NCBI GenBank assembly: GCA_032718475.1
Contig: JAUCBJ010007177.1
Span: 1-64,000, forward strand
DNA: 64,000 nucleotides
From: Nemertoderma westbladi
Lineage: Eukaryota > Animalia > Xenacoelomorpha
Direction: 5' to 3'
Below the pieces are notes generated by a model. That model was not told the origin of the DNA, did no database searches, and saw nothing but the letters and a program-made list of their open reading frames with translations. Of this stretch, positions 13,263 through 25,260 are shown one piece after another. The translations under genes and the position numbers were made by a program. Position 1 is the first letter of the stretch. Every line of letters begins with the position of its first letter.

Positions 13263-15519
13263 TCACCATCTCTAGCGTGTGGGGATCGGGACTGTTCCTC
13301 AACTCTTTTATTAGCGGAACCACTCGGTTCGCATGTAGGATGCGACTGTAGCGCTGCGGTCTTCGCGAACAGACGTGGTGTATCGCCCAGACTGCCCACC
13401 GCGCCACTTCCGGTTGTCGTGTACACCGTAACAACGGAACCAGCGGGTAGAACGACCTGTAAGCAACCATTACGTCATCCTGCGGCGTCCAACTGTCCAT
13501 AGCTTCCTTCATGGCTCGCCCCAACTCATCTCCTTTAGGCGTGTAGGGCTCTTCTAACAGTAAATGAGCCGCTATTCCCACAGCAAAGTAACTTACTTTT
13601 ATATCGTCTCGACTACAATCCATCATCTTTATTATCTCTGGAAGGATATCGTCTTTAACTAAATAATGGCGTAGGTTTTGGACTTCGGCGATGTTGTTGA
13701 GCAATCCGAGAACTTTATTGGGTATAAACTTGTCGTTCTGGAAGTTATTTAGAATTTTCATAAATAAAGTAAGGCCACCGTGATGAATAAAGGCTGTACA
13801 GTTGGAAGGGCTTTCGTCTGTTAAGTTCCAGAGAGTGGAGAGAGTGTATCGGAGTACGGTGTCCCCAGGAGGGGAGTCTAAGCGGTCCGATAGCAGTCCC
13901 AGCAGCCGGGACATGTAGCGAGGGGACCCTAGAAGGGACATCTCTACCGGGGTCACCTTGGCTGCGAGTATGTAGCATATAGCGACGGCTAGACGATGTA
14001 CAGTCACGTCGTTCGAGTTGCAGACCGCTTCCAAGGCAAGTCGAGAGGCGTCATAGTAACTAAATAGAGCGAACTTTAGGATTCTGTCGTTACATAGAGT
14101 TAGTAGACAATTCCTCTGTAGTTGTACTACTTTAGGGAAGTTAGACATTGCTAGTATGACAGCGTTAGCAACTCTGGCTAGTATAGACGTGTGATATTTG
14201 TTACTTATTTGTCTCCGTGTGGTGTTATAGAGACACGCGCTGCCTGCCATCTGTACGTCCACTTTAACGGAATGGAGTTCCATGCCGGTAACTAAACAAC
14301 CAACGACCTCGGCGTTTACTGTTCCGTTAGCAATCTCGAACCACGCGTGGAAACTCCGCTGTACGTACCGCGACCGCGAGATGTACCTTCGCATCGATTG
14401 GATTATCTGAGATTTGTTTGCGTCTCCCGCTACATCTATGCAACGCAAGCGGTTGCGTTCGTTCGAGTTTCTAAGGTCGGCAATGTCGTGACAAACCGGG
14501 GTGAACATCAACCCCAGGAACGCCAAGTTATCGTGTCTCTTTACGAAAGAAAGAATTAAATTAATAGAAATTCTGTCCGCCAGTCCCGATATATCGAAGT
14601 ATGTTAATAGAGGCAGATTCACCCGGGTAAGTATCAGTTCTATAAGTTCGTATTGGGAATCCGTGTTTACTGGGACGGGTTCAATCGACAAATCGAGATA
14701 GTTTAATAGTTTACAGCAATCGAACAGGTCGGTAATCCTTGTCGATGTATCGTCGTGTAATCCGACGTTATATAAAGCGAAACGTTTAATTGTTCGAGAA
14801 ATATTTACCAGCGGTTCCAATGACGTGATTTTTGTACTGGAAATATCTAGATCCTTTAACATTAGCAGGTTTTCGCTTAGTGATTTAAAATTCTCATTTG
14901 TTACAGAAGTTGAGGAAACGTTTAAATGAGTTAAATTGGGGAAAGGGAAATCAAATTCTGAATCTTCAGGTATTTTTATAGAGGATATACTTAGTTTCCG
15001 CAGAGTTTCAACAGTTTTTGTATTAATTATGACGTAATAAATATGATTGTATGAAGCATTTATCAAATTATCGGCACATATTTCGGTTAGCACGTGGTCG
15101 GTGAGTAAAGGTAGACTTTCTATCACAGGAGAGTTACTTATGTCTATAGATTCGAGTTTACATGTTAACGGGTCACCGAACACCGTCATAGAATTGTCGT
15201 TGAGTCTGTGGGTTTCTGCGAGATGGGCCAGTAATGCCTCCGATATGCGTGGCGGTATGTAGTACGGTTTGGGAGAGTAAAACGCGTGCTGTTGAACGCA
15301 ACTTGTTACATCGTAACTTCCATAACGGTAGCTAACTACAGGGCGGTCGCACATGGCTGACGGTTTATCGTAGCAATAGTACGGCCGATCTACACTCACA
15401 CAGATAACGCTCATATTGATAGACACAGACTCCAATGAGAGTTTCTGAAGGGTTGGGGGCGAAACGAAAGTTTCTACTTCTTTGTCATACGGTTCGTCGA
15501 AACACATCCAATCTGACAT
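13234..15519 (-). CDS. zyg11: ZYG-11 family protein (CUL2-ElonginB/C substrate receptor; BC-box, LRR, ARM repeats), ~761 aa, intronless
   Basis: PPTLQKLSL BC-box-like segment, LRRs (LTHLNVSST, LKDLDISST) and ARM region (QLQRNCLLTLCNDRIL, LSTLWNLTDESP, LGLLNNIAEV). MVAYRSF resembles ZYG11B more than ZER1. First ATG is at 15519 (MSDW). Confidence 0.92.
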   Translation of the reverse strand: MSDWMCFDEPYDKEVETFVSPPTLQKLSLESVSINMSVICVSVDRPYYCYDKPSAMCDRPVVSYRYGSYDVTSCVQQHAFYSPKPYYIPPRISEALLAHLAETHRLNDNSMTVFGDPLTCKLESIDISNSPVIESLPLLTDHVLTEICADNLINASYNHIYYVIINTKTVETLRKLSISSIKIPEDSEFDFPFPNLTHLNVSSTSVTNENFKSLSENLLMLKDLDISSTKITSLEPLVNISRTIKRFALYNVGLHDDTSTRITDLFDCCKLLNYLDLSIEPVPVNTDSQYELIELILTRVNLPLLTYFDISGLADRISINLILSFVKRHDNLAFLGLMFTPVCHDIADLRNSNERNRLRCIDVAGDANKSQIIQSMRRYISRSRYVQRSFHAWFEIANGTVNAEVVGCLVTGMELHSVKVDVQMAGSACLYNTTRRQISNKYHTSILARVANAVILAMSNFPKVVQLQRNCLLTLCNDRILKFALFSYYDASRLALEAVCNSNDVTVHRLAVAICYILAAKVTPVEMSLLGSPRYMSRLLGLLSDRLDSPPGDTVLRYTLSTLWNLTDESPSNCTAFIHHGGLTLFMKILNNFQNDKFIPNKVLGLLNNIAEVQNLRHYLVKDDILPEIIKMMDCSRDDIKVSYFAVGIAAHLLLEEPYTPKGDELGRAMKEAMDSWTPQDDVMVAYRSFYPLVPLLRCTRQPEVARWAVWAIHHVCSRRPQRYSRILHANRVVPLIKELRNSPDPHTLEMVRELLVLVGN

Positions 15520-15561
15520 TATTATATTGGTATTATTATATGATAGTCTGATAGTGCAATA

Positions 15562-15752
15562 GTCTGCAAGATACCGGTAACTATAACTAAAGCTAGTCTG
15601 CAAGACTGCAAGACTGCAAGATACCGGTAACTATAACTAAAGCTAGTCTGCAAGACTGCAAGACTGCAAGACTGCAAGATACCGGTAACTTTTTTACAAT
15701 AGGCCTACAATAAAAAATTACCAGATTACAGGATTACGATACCGGTAACTAA
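15562..15752. repeat. Short local duplications (GTCTGCAAGATACCGGTAACTATAACTAAAGCTA; (GACTGCAA)n) upstream of the zyg11 ATG
   Basis: GATACCGGTAACT occurs four times between 15570 and 15750. Confidence 0.85.
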
Positions 15753-15819
15753 AGCGGGAATCAATCTGCAATCAGCAGATCAGTCAATGAACCCTTAACC
15801 AGAAGCCTACTGTATCAAA

Positions 15820-15912
15820 TATTGAATTGAATTGAATTGAATTGAATTGAATTGAATTGAATTGAACTCTCTTTTTTATTAAAATTATAAAAACATATAA
15901 GTAACGAAATAT
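15820..15912 (-). mobile_element. 3' tail of a LINE copy with a (TTCAA)n microsatellite end
   Basis: Reverse complement of the 3' end of the LINE at ~20375-20438 (TTTTATAATTTTAATAAAAAGAGAGTTCAATTCAATTCAA). Confidence 0.85.
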
Positions 15913-15966
15913 TATAAGTTTTTAGGTCCGCGTAGCGAGGGTTATGGTGCGTTAGGTCCTGGCACT

Positions 15967-17095
15967 GGAAGCAGGACAATTCGGTCCCGGACAATTCGGT
16001 CCGGACAATTCGGTCGCGGACAATTCGGTCCCGGACAATTCGGTCCCATTAATTTTGTGTTTTGGGACCGAATTGTCCGGGACCGAATTGTCCGGGACCG
16101 AATTGTCCGGATACTGACTAGGACAATTCGGTCCCAAAACATGCATATTAATGGGACCGAATTGTCCGGGACCGAATTGTCCGGGACCGAATTGTCCGGG
16201 ACCGAATTGTCCGGGATCGAATTGTCCGGGACCAAATTTAATTGGTACTACTGTACTATGTAATGGTGAATGTTTTAGAACCTTAAAAGATACGGTATTA
16301 TTATATGGTAGCTAGTGTTTTTTTTAATAGCTAGTATTTTTTTGAAAATAAAAAAATTTACTTTTTTTTGTTAACATTATTAGTTATGGTAGCTATTATG
16401 GTGTTTTTATGGAGCTTGTGAATTATTTACTAGCAAGTAATAGTATGTATTTAAAATGTTTAAAACATATTTTTTTATATATTGTGTAGGTATACTGTAT
16501 GTGTTGTTGGTTGGTTTATGGTTAACAAGCCTAAATTATTATCCTAGATAATAGCTGGATCTCATTCAGGGACTGTTATAATATCATCAATATTGTGGGT
16601 AATTAATATAATCAGCAACAGTTTAGGCCTAATTCTGAAATATCAATGTTTTTACAAGTGTTTTTATAATTTCAAGGAAATGCTAGCTAGTAAAACAAAC
16701 ACTAGCTACCTTAATAAATAATATACTGTATAATAATGTTCTCGAACACTTACCAATAACAAAAATAAAAAAAATACAGTATTTTTAAAATTTCATAAAA
16801 TACTAGCTAGTAAATTACACTAGCTACCATAAAGAAAATATCTCTACTAATGTTTTAGAACATTCACCAATATCAAAAAATCACTAAAAAGCTGCTATCA
16901 GGAACCGGACAATTCGGTCCCGGACAATTCGGTCCTAGGACAATTCGGTCCTAGGACAATTCGGTCCCGGACAATTCGGTCCCATATATTTAGTGTTTTG
17001 GGACCAAATTGTCCGGGACCGAATTGTCCGGGACCGAATTGTCCGGACCGAATTGTCCGGGACCGCATTGTCCGGGACCGAATTGTCCTACATCC
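15967..17095. mobile_element. Foldback/MULE-type non-autonomous element with 15-bp GGACAATTCGGTCCC repeats
   Basis: TIRs GGAAGCAGGACAATTCGGTCCCGG and CCGGGACCGAATTGTCCTACATCC. Perfect 9-bp TSD CCTGGCACT at 15958-15966 and 17096-17104. Confidence 0.92.
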
Positions 17096-17519
17096 CCTGG
17101 CACTTTAGGTCCTGGTAGCGTTAGGTCCGTGGCATTAGGTCCTGGTAGCATTATGTCCGTGGCGTTAGGTCCTGGTTGCTTTGGGCCGTGCCATTAGGTC
17201 AGTAGGTCCAGTCTGCCTCCAAAACCAGGCAGGTTAGTAAAGGAGCAGGTTACAGAGGCTAGTTGAAAGGAACCAAAACAAAATAAACGAGAGTTAGGAA
17301 TATTGTAGCGCTACAGCTGTATAACCAATGGGCAGCATTGGCGCAACAGCGCAACAACCTAAGATTGGTTTATACATTCCACTCTAATTTCATTGGCTTG
17401 TACATTCTGTTGCGTTCTATGGCATTCGATCTACAGTATGACATTCTGTTGCGCGATGGCGCAACAGAGTAATAAATAAAGCAAGGTACTGTACGTTCTA
17501 AAAGGGATGCGACCTATAA

Positions 17520-17700
17520 CAATCCTAGTACCAATATGGAACTCACTTCCCAGTGACGTTATCGAATCAGTAAGTGTTAAGTCCTTTTGTGACAAACTTA
17601 AAACTTGTAATTTATTAGAACATTGCCATTTCAATAGATTCGATTAATTAGGACTCATGATCATTCATTTATTTTTAGTTTCTACTCAGTATGCATAAAC
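17520..17700 (+). mobile_element. CR1-type LINE 3' fragment
   Basis: Translation LVPIWNSLPSDVIESVSVKSFCDKLK matches the WNSLP motif at CR1 ORF2 ends. Confidence 0.65.
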
Positions 17701-17789
17701 TTTTGTCCTTATAAAACATAAAGTGTTTTTATAGAGGAGTGAACTGTTATTGATGGCGTGGTTATTTGTAATTATTGCCATTTCTAATT

Positions 17790-20438
17790 CAGTCGATCAC
17801 ACTTCACCCGATCTTCCAATTATAATTGGAGGGGATTTTAACTGCCGGATAGACCAGGGTTCCCGTGGTTCTGACCTGACAGATAGCTTAGAGAGTATTG
17901 GTTTTATCTTAATCAATGATCCCTTGAAACATACATACATTTCCCCCCAAGGGGTAAGCACCATTGATTTATTTTTTGTTAAGATTACAACCCCAATGAG
18001 CCCACCTCCGTTTACCCTTATTGATGTGAACCCTATCAGAAAACACCAACGTGTTGTGCTGTCCCTCACCCTACCTGGTTCCACTACAGTACCAAATATT
18101 CGCCCAGAACTACCTTCGCGCAACTTAAAAATAACTAAACTGAAAGACAATCCTCTTCTTACTACGATACAGGATCTTTTAACAGAAAGTAGTAACATAG
18201 TTGAGGCAAACCACCTTCTTGCAAAAGTTTTTGCTGACTCTACTATTCCGAAGCAAGTGAACTACAATCATCATGGCAAATTGTGGTTTGACAATGATTG
18301 CCGCTTACTCAAATCACAGGTTATGATACTTTTTTATAACAGGGAAATCTCAGAACACGACAAGGATCTTTACTGGAATGAAAGAAAAGTTTACAAGAAA
18401 CTCCTCAAATCAAAGCGACTGAAGCACGAGGAAAAATGTTTACTCGACAAAATTGCAAAAGCTGAGATTACTCCATGGACTCTGACAAAAGAATGTAAAC
18501 CAAATCACGTAGCCCCAATTGCGATGGATGTACTGGAATCTCATTTTGAAAATCTTCTAAGTAAATCAAAAGACCCTCCGAATATACCGCCTATTCCAGA
18601 GACATCAACTGCTGAATTAGAAAACAACGAATGGTACTACAGTCCTACATGTATAACTCGTGAAGAAGTTGAGGCTGCAATTAAACACACAGGAAATCGT
18701 AAAGCATGTGGTTCAGATAATATATACTACGAACACTTGAAACACTCTTTGCCTCTAATCCTACATATTTTGGTACTCCTCTTTAATACCTGCTTAAATA
18801 TTCGTTCGCTTCCACGTACTTGGATGTATAGTATTGTCAAGATACTCTATAAAGGTAGAGGTGCGATCACATTGCCAGATAATTACCGTGGGATTGCACT
18901 CCTCAGCGTTTTATTAAAGATCTTTACTTCTATAATAAACAAACGGATATTAAATAAAATCCGCTGGTTGATACCCGAAGAGCAGTTTGGATTTCTACCT
19001 GGTAAATCAACTCTGGATGCATTAAATCGATTGATCTCTGACATAAATTCATTGATTGACGCGAATGGTAAAGTTTATGTTGTATTTGTTGATTTCCGAA
19101 AGGCTTTTGACTCCATCAGTCGGAAAATTTATCTTAACAAGCTGTTCAACGATTTCGGTGTTAAAGGCAAACTTTACAATGTTATCAAGTATCTTCTAAA
19201 TGCAAACTACATCCAGGTGTTTGATGGTCTTCGCCTTTCAAAGAAAATACGCCAGATTATCGGATTCCTACAAGGGGACTGTTTCTCCCCTACGAGTTTC
19301 ATTTTGTATATCGCCGACCTTGTTGTTGCTTTGCGGTCAGCTACTGCCTTCTTGAAATCTATATTTTTCGCTGATGATTTAGCCTTCTACTCATCAAACC
19401 CCAAAGAGATCCAAGATAGTTTAAATAACCTTCGTAAATGGTGCAAAGATAATGCTCTTGAGGTGAATCTCGTTAAAACAAAAATTGTTAAATTTCGAAG
19501 AGGAGGCCGTTTAGCACTCTATGATAACTTCTATTATGATGGCCAACTGGTAAAGATTGTGATAAATATGAGTATTTGGGTGTAGTACTCCAGCCTACTT
19601 TGACGTTCACGAAACACATAAAAGCAAAGAAAGAAAAAGCCCACGCTGCCATTGGCTGCCTGAAAAATCTCCATCTAGTCTCCGTGGAAACGGGAATCAA
19701 AATTTTTAAAATGAAAATCGCCCCTATGGCATATTACGCCCTCTCGGAAATAGGATCGAAACTTACACTACCTCAACTAAAATAATTGGATAAAATTAAA
19801 TCTACCTTTCTTAAACGGCTCCTTGGACTCCATATTTCTTCATCATCTACTCTAGCTTTAAAATTAACTCATCAAGAAACCTTCACAAACGACATCCTTC
19901 TAACATCACCAGGTATTTTAAGCGCTGAAATTCTAGAACAATACATCATCTTCAGATCGGATCGAAATGCAAATTTCATTACTGAGAATTACAATTTAGG
20001 ACCGGCCTTCACTTCAACAACATGGACTCACAGTAACCAAAGAAACAGGCACCTCATAACAAGAACGACATCTCACGGTTTTCACTATAAACTCTGCAAC
20101 AATTCAACTTTCCACACCCCGTGTCCGGACTGCACCTGTAAATTTTGTCAAAACTCAGCCAGCGATCGTTACCACGCCCTATCGTGTGCTCAATGTCCGC
20201 CTATCGCCACCTTATCTATCATCCCATAAAACTACATTTTAAAACGTGCTTTTTTAAACTCTCATACCGGTAATATTTTAATGTACATATTTAATTATTT
20301 CATTTACTCCGTCTGTGAATTTGGAGTGTATAGAATAACCTCTAATTCAGTGTATTTAAATGTAAATTGTTGATTTCGTTAGTTATTTGTTTTATTTTAT
20401 AATTTTAATAAAAAGAGAGTTCAATTCAATTCAATCCA
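17790..20438 (+). mobile_element. 5'-truncated non-LTR retrotransposon ORF2 (APE endonuclease end, RT, Cys/His-rich C-terminus), frameshifted
   Basis: IIGGDFNCR and STIDLFF (APE); NYRGIALL, EQFGF, FVDFRKAFDS, GFLQGDCFSP and FADDL (RT). Frameshift near 19570 and in-frame stop at 19783-19785. (TTCAA)n tail. Confidence 0.95.
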
Positions 20439-21531
20439 ATGCAGAGCTATACCGAGCTAAAACCGTCCTATACCAAACTATAGTGATGCCATACAGATAA
20501 CAAGTGCAACCAATTATGGTAGACAATTTAGTCTCCCCCTTCCCTTGTCAAGGGGTTAGCATATTAAATTTATTATTGCCCTCTCGTGAACAAAAGCAAT
20601 AAAAAGTAATGGAGAATCGATAAGAATCATCGGCCTATTTCCTTTGTAAACTATTTTTGAACTCTAAACATTATTAACACATTTTAGCGCGCGCAACGCA
20701 TGAAGTGAAGAATATGTAGTCTTAGCGTATGCCACTACATAGAGTACTGTATACAGGTATTCTGTAGGATACATTACTGTTGAAAGTATTTGATTGTTGT
20801 GGGTTGTATATTGAACATACCGCATTGTCTTAATTTAGTACTGAACCGCTTGGAATACAGTACGTAGGCCTACTAATGATAAACGTCGTATAGGCATAGT
20901 TATGGGTAGAACCTACGCGTAGTTATACGTAGCACCCCCGCGTAGCACCTACGCGTAGTTAATGTTAAAACTCTGAAACTTGTGATGTATGACCCAATGT
21001 TGCGAACTACGCGTAGGTCGAAAAGATTTACCATGCCTGTGCGTTGCCAACACTACAGCACTACCTGACAGCCTGACTACTTCCTGTCAGCTAATCAATA
21101 ACCAGTATTTTCATGTATTTGTAGGCCTAACTTATCCTCTTCTCTGCTTGTTGCGCCGCATCGGCGCTACAGAAATGGAATGCCATAGAACGCAACAGAA
21201 TGTACAAGCCAATGGAATTAGAGTGGAATGTATAAACCAATCTTAGGTTGTTGCGCTGTTGCGCCAATGTTGTTCATTGGTTACAGGGCTGTTGTGCTGT
21301 TGCGCCGTTGCGCTGTTGCGTGTTTTCCAGGAAGCCATATTGTAGAATAGATTAAAAGAGAATCAACAGTCAGATATATGCTATAGGACCTAATGCTACA
21401 TGACCTAATGTGCCAGGACCTAAAGCTACAGGACCTAACGCTACAGGACCTAACGCGCCAGGACCTAAAGCTACGGGACCTAACGCTACAGGACCTAAGG
21501 TATACCGATTTGGACCTAACGCTACATTACC

Positions 21532-21670
21532 GTAAGGAGACCTCAAGTATTCACTCCGTTGTTGTTGTTGTTTTTGTTGGGGTTGTTGTTGTTGTTAATT
21601 TCTCGCCAGCTTTTGGTATTAGGGATATGGCACGGCCCCAGTAGCTCAGTTGGTAGAGCGTGGGATAAGA
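21532..21670 (+). mobile_element. Helentron/DINE-like non-autonomous element fragment (continues from 15918-15939)
   Basis: TTTTAGGTCCGCGTAGCGAG + ACCTCAAGTATTCACT, (GTT)n microsatellite and TAGCTCAGTTGGTAGAGC. An uninterrupted relative lies at 63170-63300. The family assignment is inferred. Confidence 0.55.
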
Positions 21671-21679
21671 CTTGGTTAG

Positions 21680-23100
21680 AAACTCACCTGCATTCTTGTG
21701 ATGACTGTAAAGTAAGATTTACAGAATCAAGTGGTGCCATGGAGTCCAATATCATGCTTGAAATATTTAATAGATCTAAAGATAAAATTTATGAACCAGA
21801 CCATAGTCTTCGTTTCAACGAATTTGTCAGTGATGGGGATACAAATAGTTTTAACGAAATTTGTCGGGTTTACGGTTTACGGGGTCGCTGCTACAGTAAT
21901 TGTGATAAATATCTATCTATGACAGAGGAAGAAAAGATCAAATTCAATCGTTCTGTCGAGGGTCAGAAATATTGGTCATTGGTGTGATCATGATCGCGCC
22001 TGCCAGTGTTTGAAATAAGTCGACTGTATCAACCACGTCCAAAAGCGCTTGTATAAGGCTCTAAGAGACATTTCGTCTGAGACGAAAGGAAAATTGGGGG
22101 ATAATAAGTTCATTGGAGGGGCCCCCGACAGGTTAACTCACACAAACTGTAAAATTCTCTCTGACTATTATGGTAAAGCTATATACAGTAACTGCAAAAA
22201 GCTTGATGGTGAGAATGGTGAGTCAAACCAAATGCATGTGAAACGCATGAAAACGGCTATTCTACAGTAGCAAGTTTTAGACACTGCATCCTCGGTAAAT
22301 CTTCAGCTGAAAGGCATTTACTATTGTCCTATAGGACCAATTTCATGGTGTTCATTCCATCGAACAGGGAGAGAATCACCTCAAAAATCCCACTTCTTGG
22401 ATCCGATTTTTCAAGGCCTCTTACTTCCAGTATACCAGCGATTCTATGAGGACAAACTTCTTGAAAGGTGTTTACCTGGTTACACTCATGTTTACCTGGT
22501 TACACTCATGTTTACCTGGTTACACTCATGTTTACCTGGTTACCTGGTTACACTCATGTTTACCTGGTTACACTCATGTTTACCTGGTTACACTCATGTT
22601 TACCTGGTTACACTCATGTTTGCCTGGTTACCTGGTTACACTCAAAACCAGAATGAGTCATTTCACTCATTGATTGTTTTTCAAAACCCAGATTCTTTGG
22701 AAAGCAACAGGTAAAGCTGGCTGTGTTGAGCAGCATTGCATATTTTAATTCTGGAGTTGCTGGCAGACAGGAAACATTGAATCGACTATCAACCCAGAAC
22801 CATGCGGTTTCCTCTGTCAATTTGTCTGTTCGAAAAGACCTCAAACGAGCTTCAAAGGCTATAGGAACAGCTGCAAAAAGAACTAAGCATAAGCCAACTG
22901 TTATTGCTAAAGCAATCCATGACTTATCAAATCATAATCAACTTCAAACTGCGAGCCAGCAAAGAAAGAGGAAGCTGGCAATAAAGCGAAAGCTAAAAGG
23001 ATCAGGAAGAGAGATACACCCATCCTAAGTAAACAATCGCAATAAAGCAACAAAGCAGGAAACAAACTATAAGAAATCCATCTACAAGTAACGCTTATGT
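21680..23100 (+). pseudogene. Decayed DDE transposase (Mutator-like/Kolobok-like family)
   Basis: Motifs across broken frames: SSGAME, FVSDGDTNSF, DCINHVQKRL, RLT...DYYGKAI, CP.GP.SWC, CLPGYTQNQNESFHS. Contains stops and frameshifts. Confidence 0.8.
22469..22643. repeat. 20-bp tandem repeat TGTTTACCTGGTTACACTCA (~8 copies) inside the transposase CLPGYTQ codons
   Basis: Seen directly; the reading frame resumes with QNQNES after the array. Confidence 0.95.
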
Positions 23101-23196
23101 TCCTGGTGGATTTGGAGGATTGTAAAGAGAACAGGATTTTTTGAAAGTATTTAAAATCTGTTCCATATCTTGATTCGTTGTCAAAACATATCGGTT

Positions 23197-23322
23197 AGAA
23201 GAAGTGTTTGCGCCCAATCTATTGGGTAGAAGAAGTGTTTGTGCCCAATCTATTGGGTAGAAGAAGTGTTTGTGTCCAATCTATTGGGTAGAAGAAGTGT
23301 TTGTGTCCAATCTATCGGGTAG
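23197..23322. repeat. 31-bp tandem repeat (GTAGAAGAAGTGTTTGTGCCCAATCTATTGG), ~4 copies
   Basis: attggg at 23221, 23252 and 23283. Confidence 0.9.
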
Positions 23323-24959
23323 ATCTGCAGTATTGATTGATTAATATGATGAAGATTGTTGTTTGCATTCAATTTCTGTAAATTTTCAGACTCATTGGTG
23401 ATTAAATGGATAATTTCACATAAAAGAGCATCATATCCTGATATAGAAGGCAGTTGTTTTATGATTATTGAATAACAGGGCATTTGTTAAGCCATCTTCA
23501 AGCTTCCAGCAAAATACCGCATTGCAGTCATAAATAACGAGTAGTACAGTAGGTGATTGGCCCTCCCTATCGACTATTGTTATTTACTATGGGAGTTTTC
23601 ATAATTCCATCTGAATGTGACCAGGCTTTTTTTAATGAATAATGAAAATAATAATATAGTTTAAACATCATAGATCTCTAATTTTGAAATATTATCGATA
23701 TCTATGAACTGATTTCTATACCTTTATCTTTAAATGCGTTTCCTGGGAGACAACATTTTACCCGATCGGGGATTTTAAAAATCCTATTTCTTGCGAAGTC
23801 TTCATTCTGAGAAGGTGGTTTATGATTCATTTTGAAGATAATTCATGTGATAACTATTTGAATATTTTTATTTATGTTTCATTGAAAAGTTTTCATGCTA
23901 TGATACTTTGAATGAGAAATGCACTGTATTTCTGTCGCGATAGGCCTAATTTTTCAATATCTTTCCCCATAACTTGTTATGTAGTTCAGAACCAAGAAAA
24001 ATATTCAAACAATGAACAGACACCTGTATGACACCCTGGCAAAGTTTGGTCGAAATTAATTTGGGCCTTTTCCAGAAATAGGGTTTTCAATTTTTTTTTA
24101 ATTTAAAAATACCTGTGGCTTATGGTCTGGACTGCACAGAAATCAAATTTCAACATGATTTCTGAACTTTTTGGCCCAAGACGGTCTCAAATATGTATTT
24201 CGATCCTTCATACCTAATTTGGTTCTCCTGTAATGACAATTTAAACTCTTTGATAAAGTTTGCGCTAGCCCCCCCCCCCCCCCTCCTCCCTTAATCTTCA
24301 AAAAATTCGGATAATAAATAATTTTTCCAATCATTGATCTAGAAGATTATTCTGTTGATTTCGCATTATTTATTCTAGATCAGTTTAATTACGATGGTAA
24401 TTATTAATCAATTTAACATTAACTACTGTATTTAAGTGGTGGTATAAAAAGTAGACTTTTTCTCGAGCGATTGTAGGGAGACAATTAAGAAAGCAAGGGG
24501 GGTTAGCCGCCCTCTCTAACCACCCCCCCCCCCCCCCCCCCCCTCCACGATTTTTCCTTATTTTGTACATGTCTCGAATGTGGTTGAAAATGCATAGAAA
24601 ACGATATACCATCGAAAATGTGATTCTGAGATAATCGCCTTAAAAGTTCAAACCTTCCCGCGCAAAATACCTGTATTGGGTCTGGTTGGTAGTAGTATTA
24701 CGATATTCTCTTTGGGCTTAGAATATAGGGCGGATCTAGGCGGGTCTAGAATGTGTTGGTCTGCCCAGGGGATCTTCTTCGGCTCCCGTGGCTTCAGATG
24801 AACTGTTGACTTTGCAGCTGAATTTACTGCTTCAGCTTACTGAGTAGGCCTATATATCTCACAGCGGTTCATTTCATGATTTATCAGGCTGGGAGGGGTC
24901 TATTCGAAACCTTGATTGTTAATTTCTTTATAATTGGGTTTTCCAAGGTAGTTAAGGCT

Positions 24960-25260
24960 TGATGTGAGGTGGACTTTTAAGATTCTTGTTGGCACAAAGG
25001 CTTAATTTGGTCCTTCCCACAACCACAACGATGATCAGTCTGGAATGTACGCAGTGTGAGCAGTGAGGAGCAGTCAAGTACTGATCCTCTATATTTCTTA
25101 CGGATGATGAGGTGGTCTATTTATGACACTGGGTCCCACATGTGTATGCAGCTTTCTAAGTCGCTTTTGGAAATTTGTATTGGCCTAAAACAGCTCATTT
25201 CTCCGAAGAAAATCTCGCAAATGACCTGAATTTATGTTTACCAAGTATTGGAAGAGGATC
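24960..25260 (-). mobile_element. Degenerate LINE (RTE-like) endonuclease fragment
   Basis: Minus-strand translation IDHLIIRKKYRGSVLDC followed by a (S/T)DH-like motif, with stops. Confidence 0.55.

Larger units (their letters stand above)
17322..21283. mobile_element. MITE with ~105-bp inverted arms (17322-17427 and 21178-21283), split by LINE insertions
   Basis: CAACAGCGCAACAACCTAAGATTGGTTTATACATTCCACTCTAAT... is present in inverted orientation on both sides. Confidence 0.8.
15940..21531. mobile_element. Foldback/Mutator-like element with subterminal (GGACCTAACGCTACA)n repeats, expanded by nested insertions
   Basis: Termini GGTTATGGTGCGTTAGGTCC and GGACCTAACGCTACATTACC. Inverted repeat arrays at 17105-17210 and 21385-21530. 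Degenerate TSD (c)GTAGCGAG / (c)GTAAGGAG. Confidence 0.7.

Noticed and set aside
15520-15603. N-terminal extension of the 789-aa ORF
   Set aside because: Starts at a non-ATG codon in locally duplicated sequence; the first ATG is at 15519.
15942-17197. ORFs with PDNSV/GTELS repeats
   Set aside because: Translations of 15-bp subterminal transposon repeats.
21633-21665. tRNA-like GGCCCCAGTAGCTCAGTTGGTAGAGCG
   Set aside because: Only the A-box/D-arm is present, with no T-arm or B box. It is part of a dispersed repeat also seen at ~63265.
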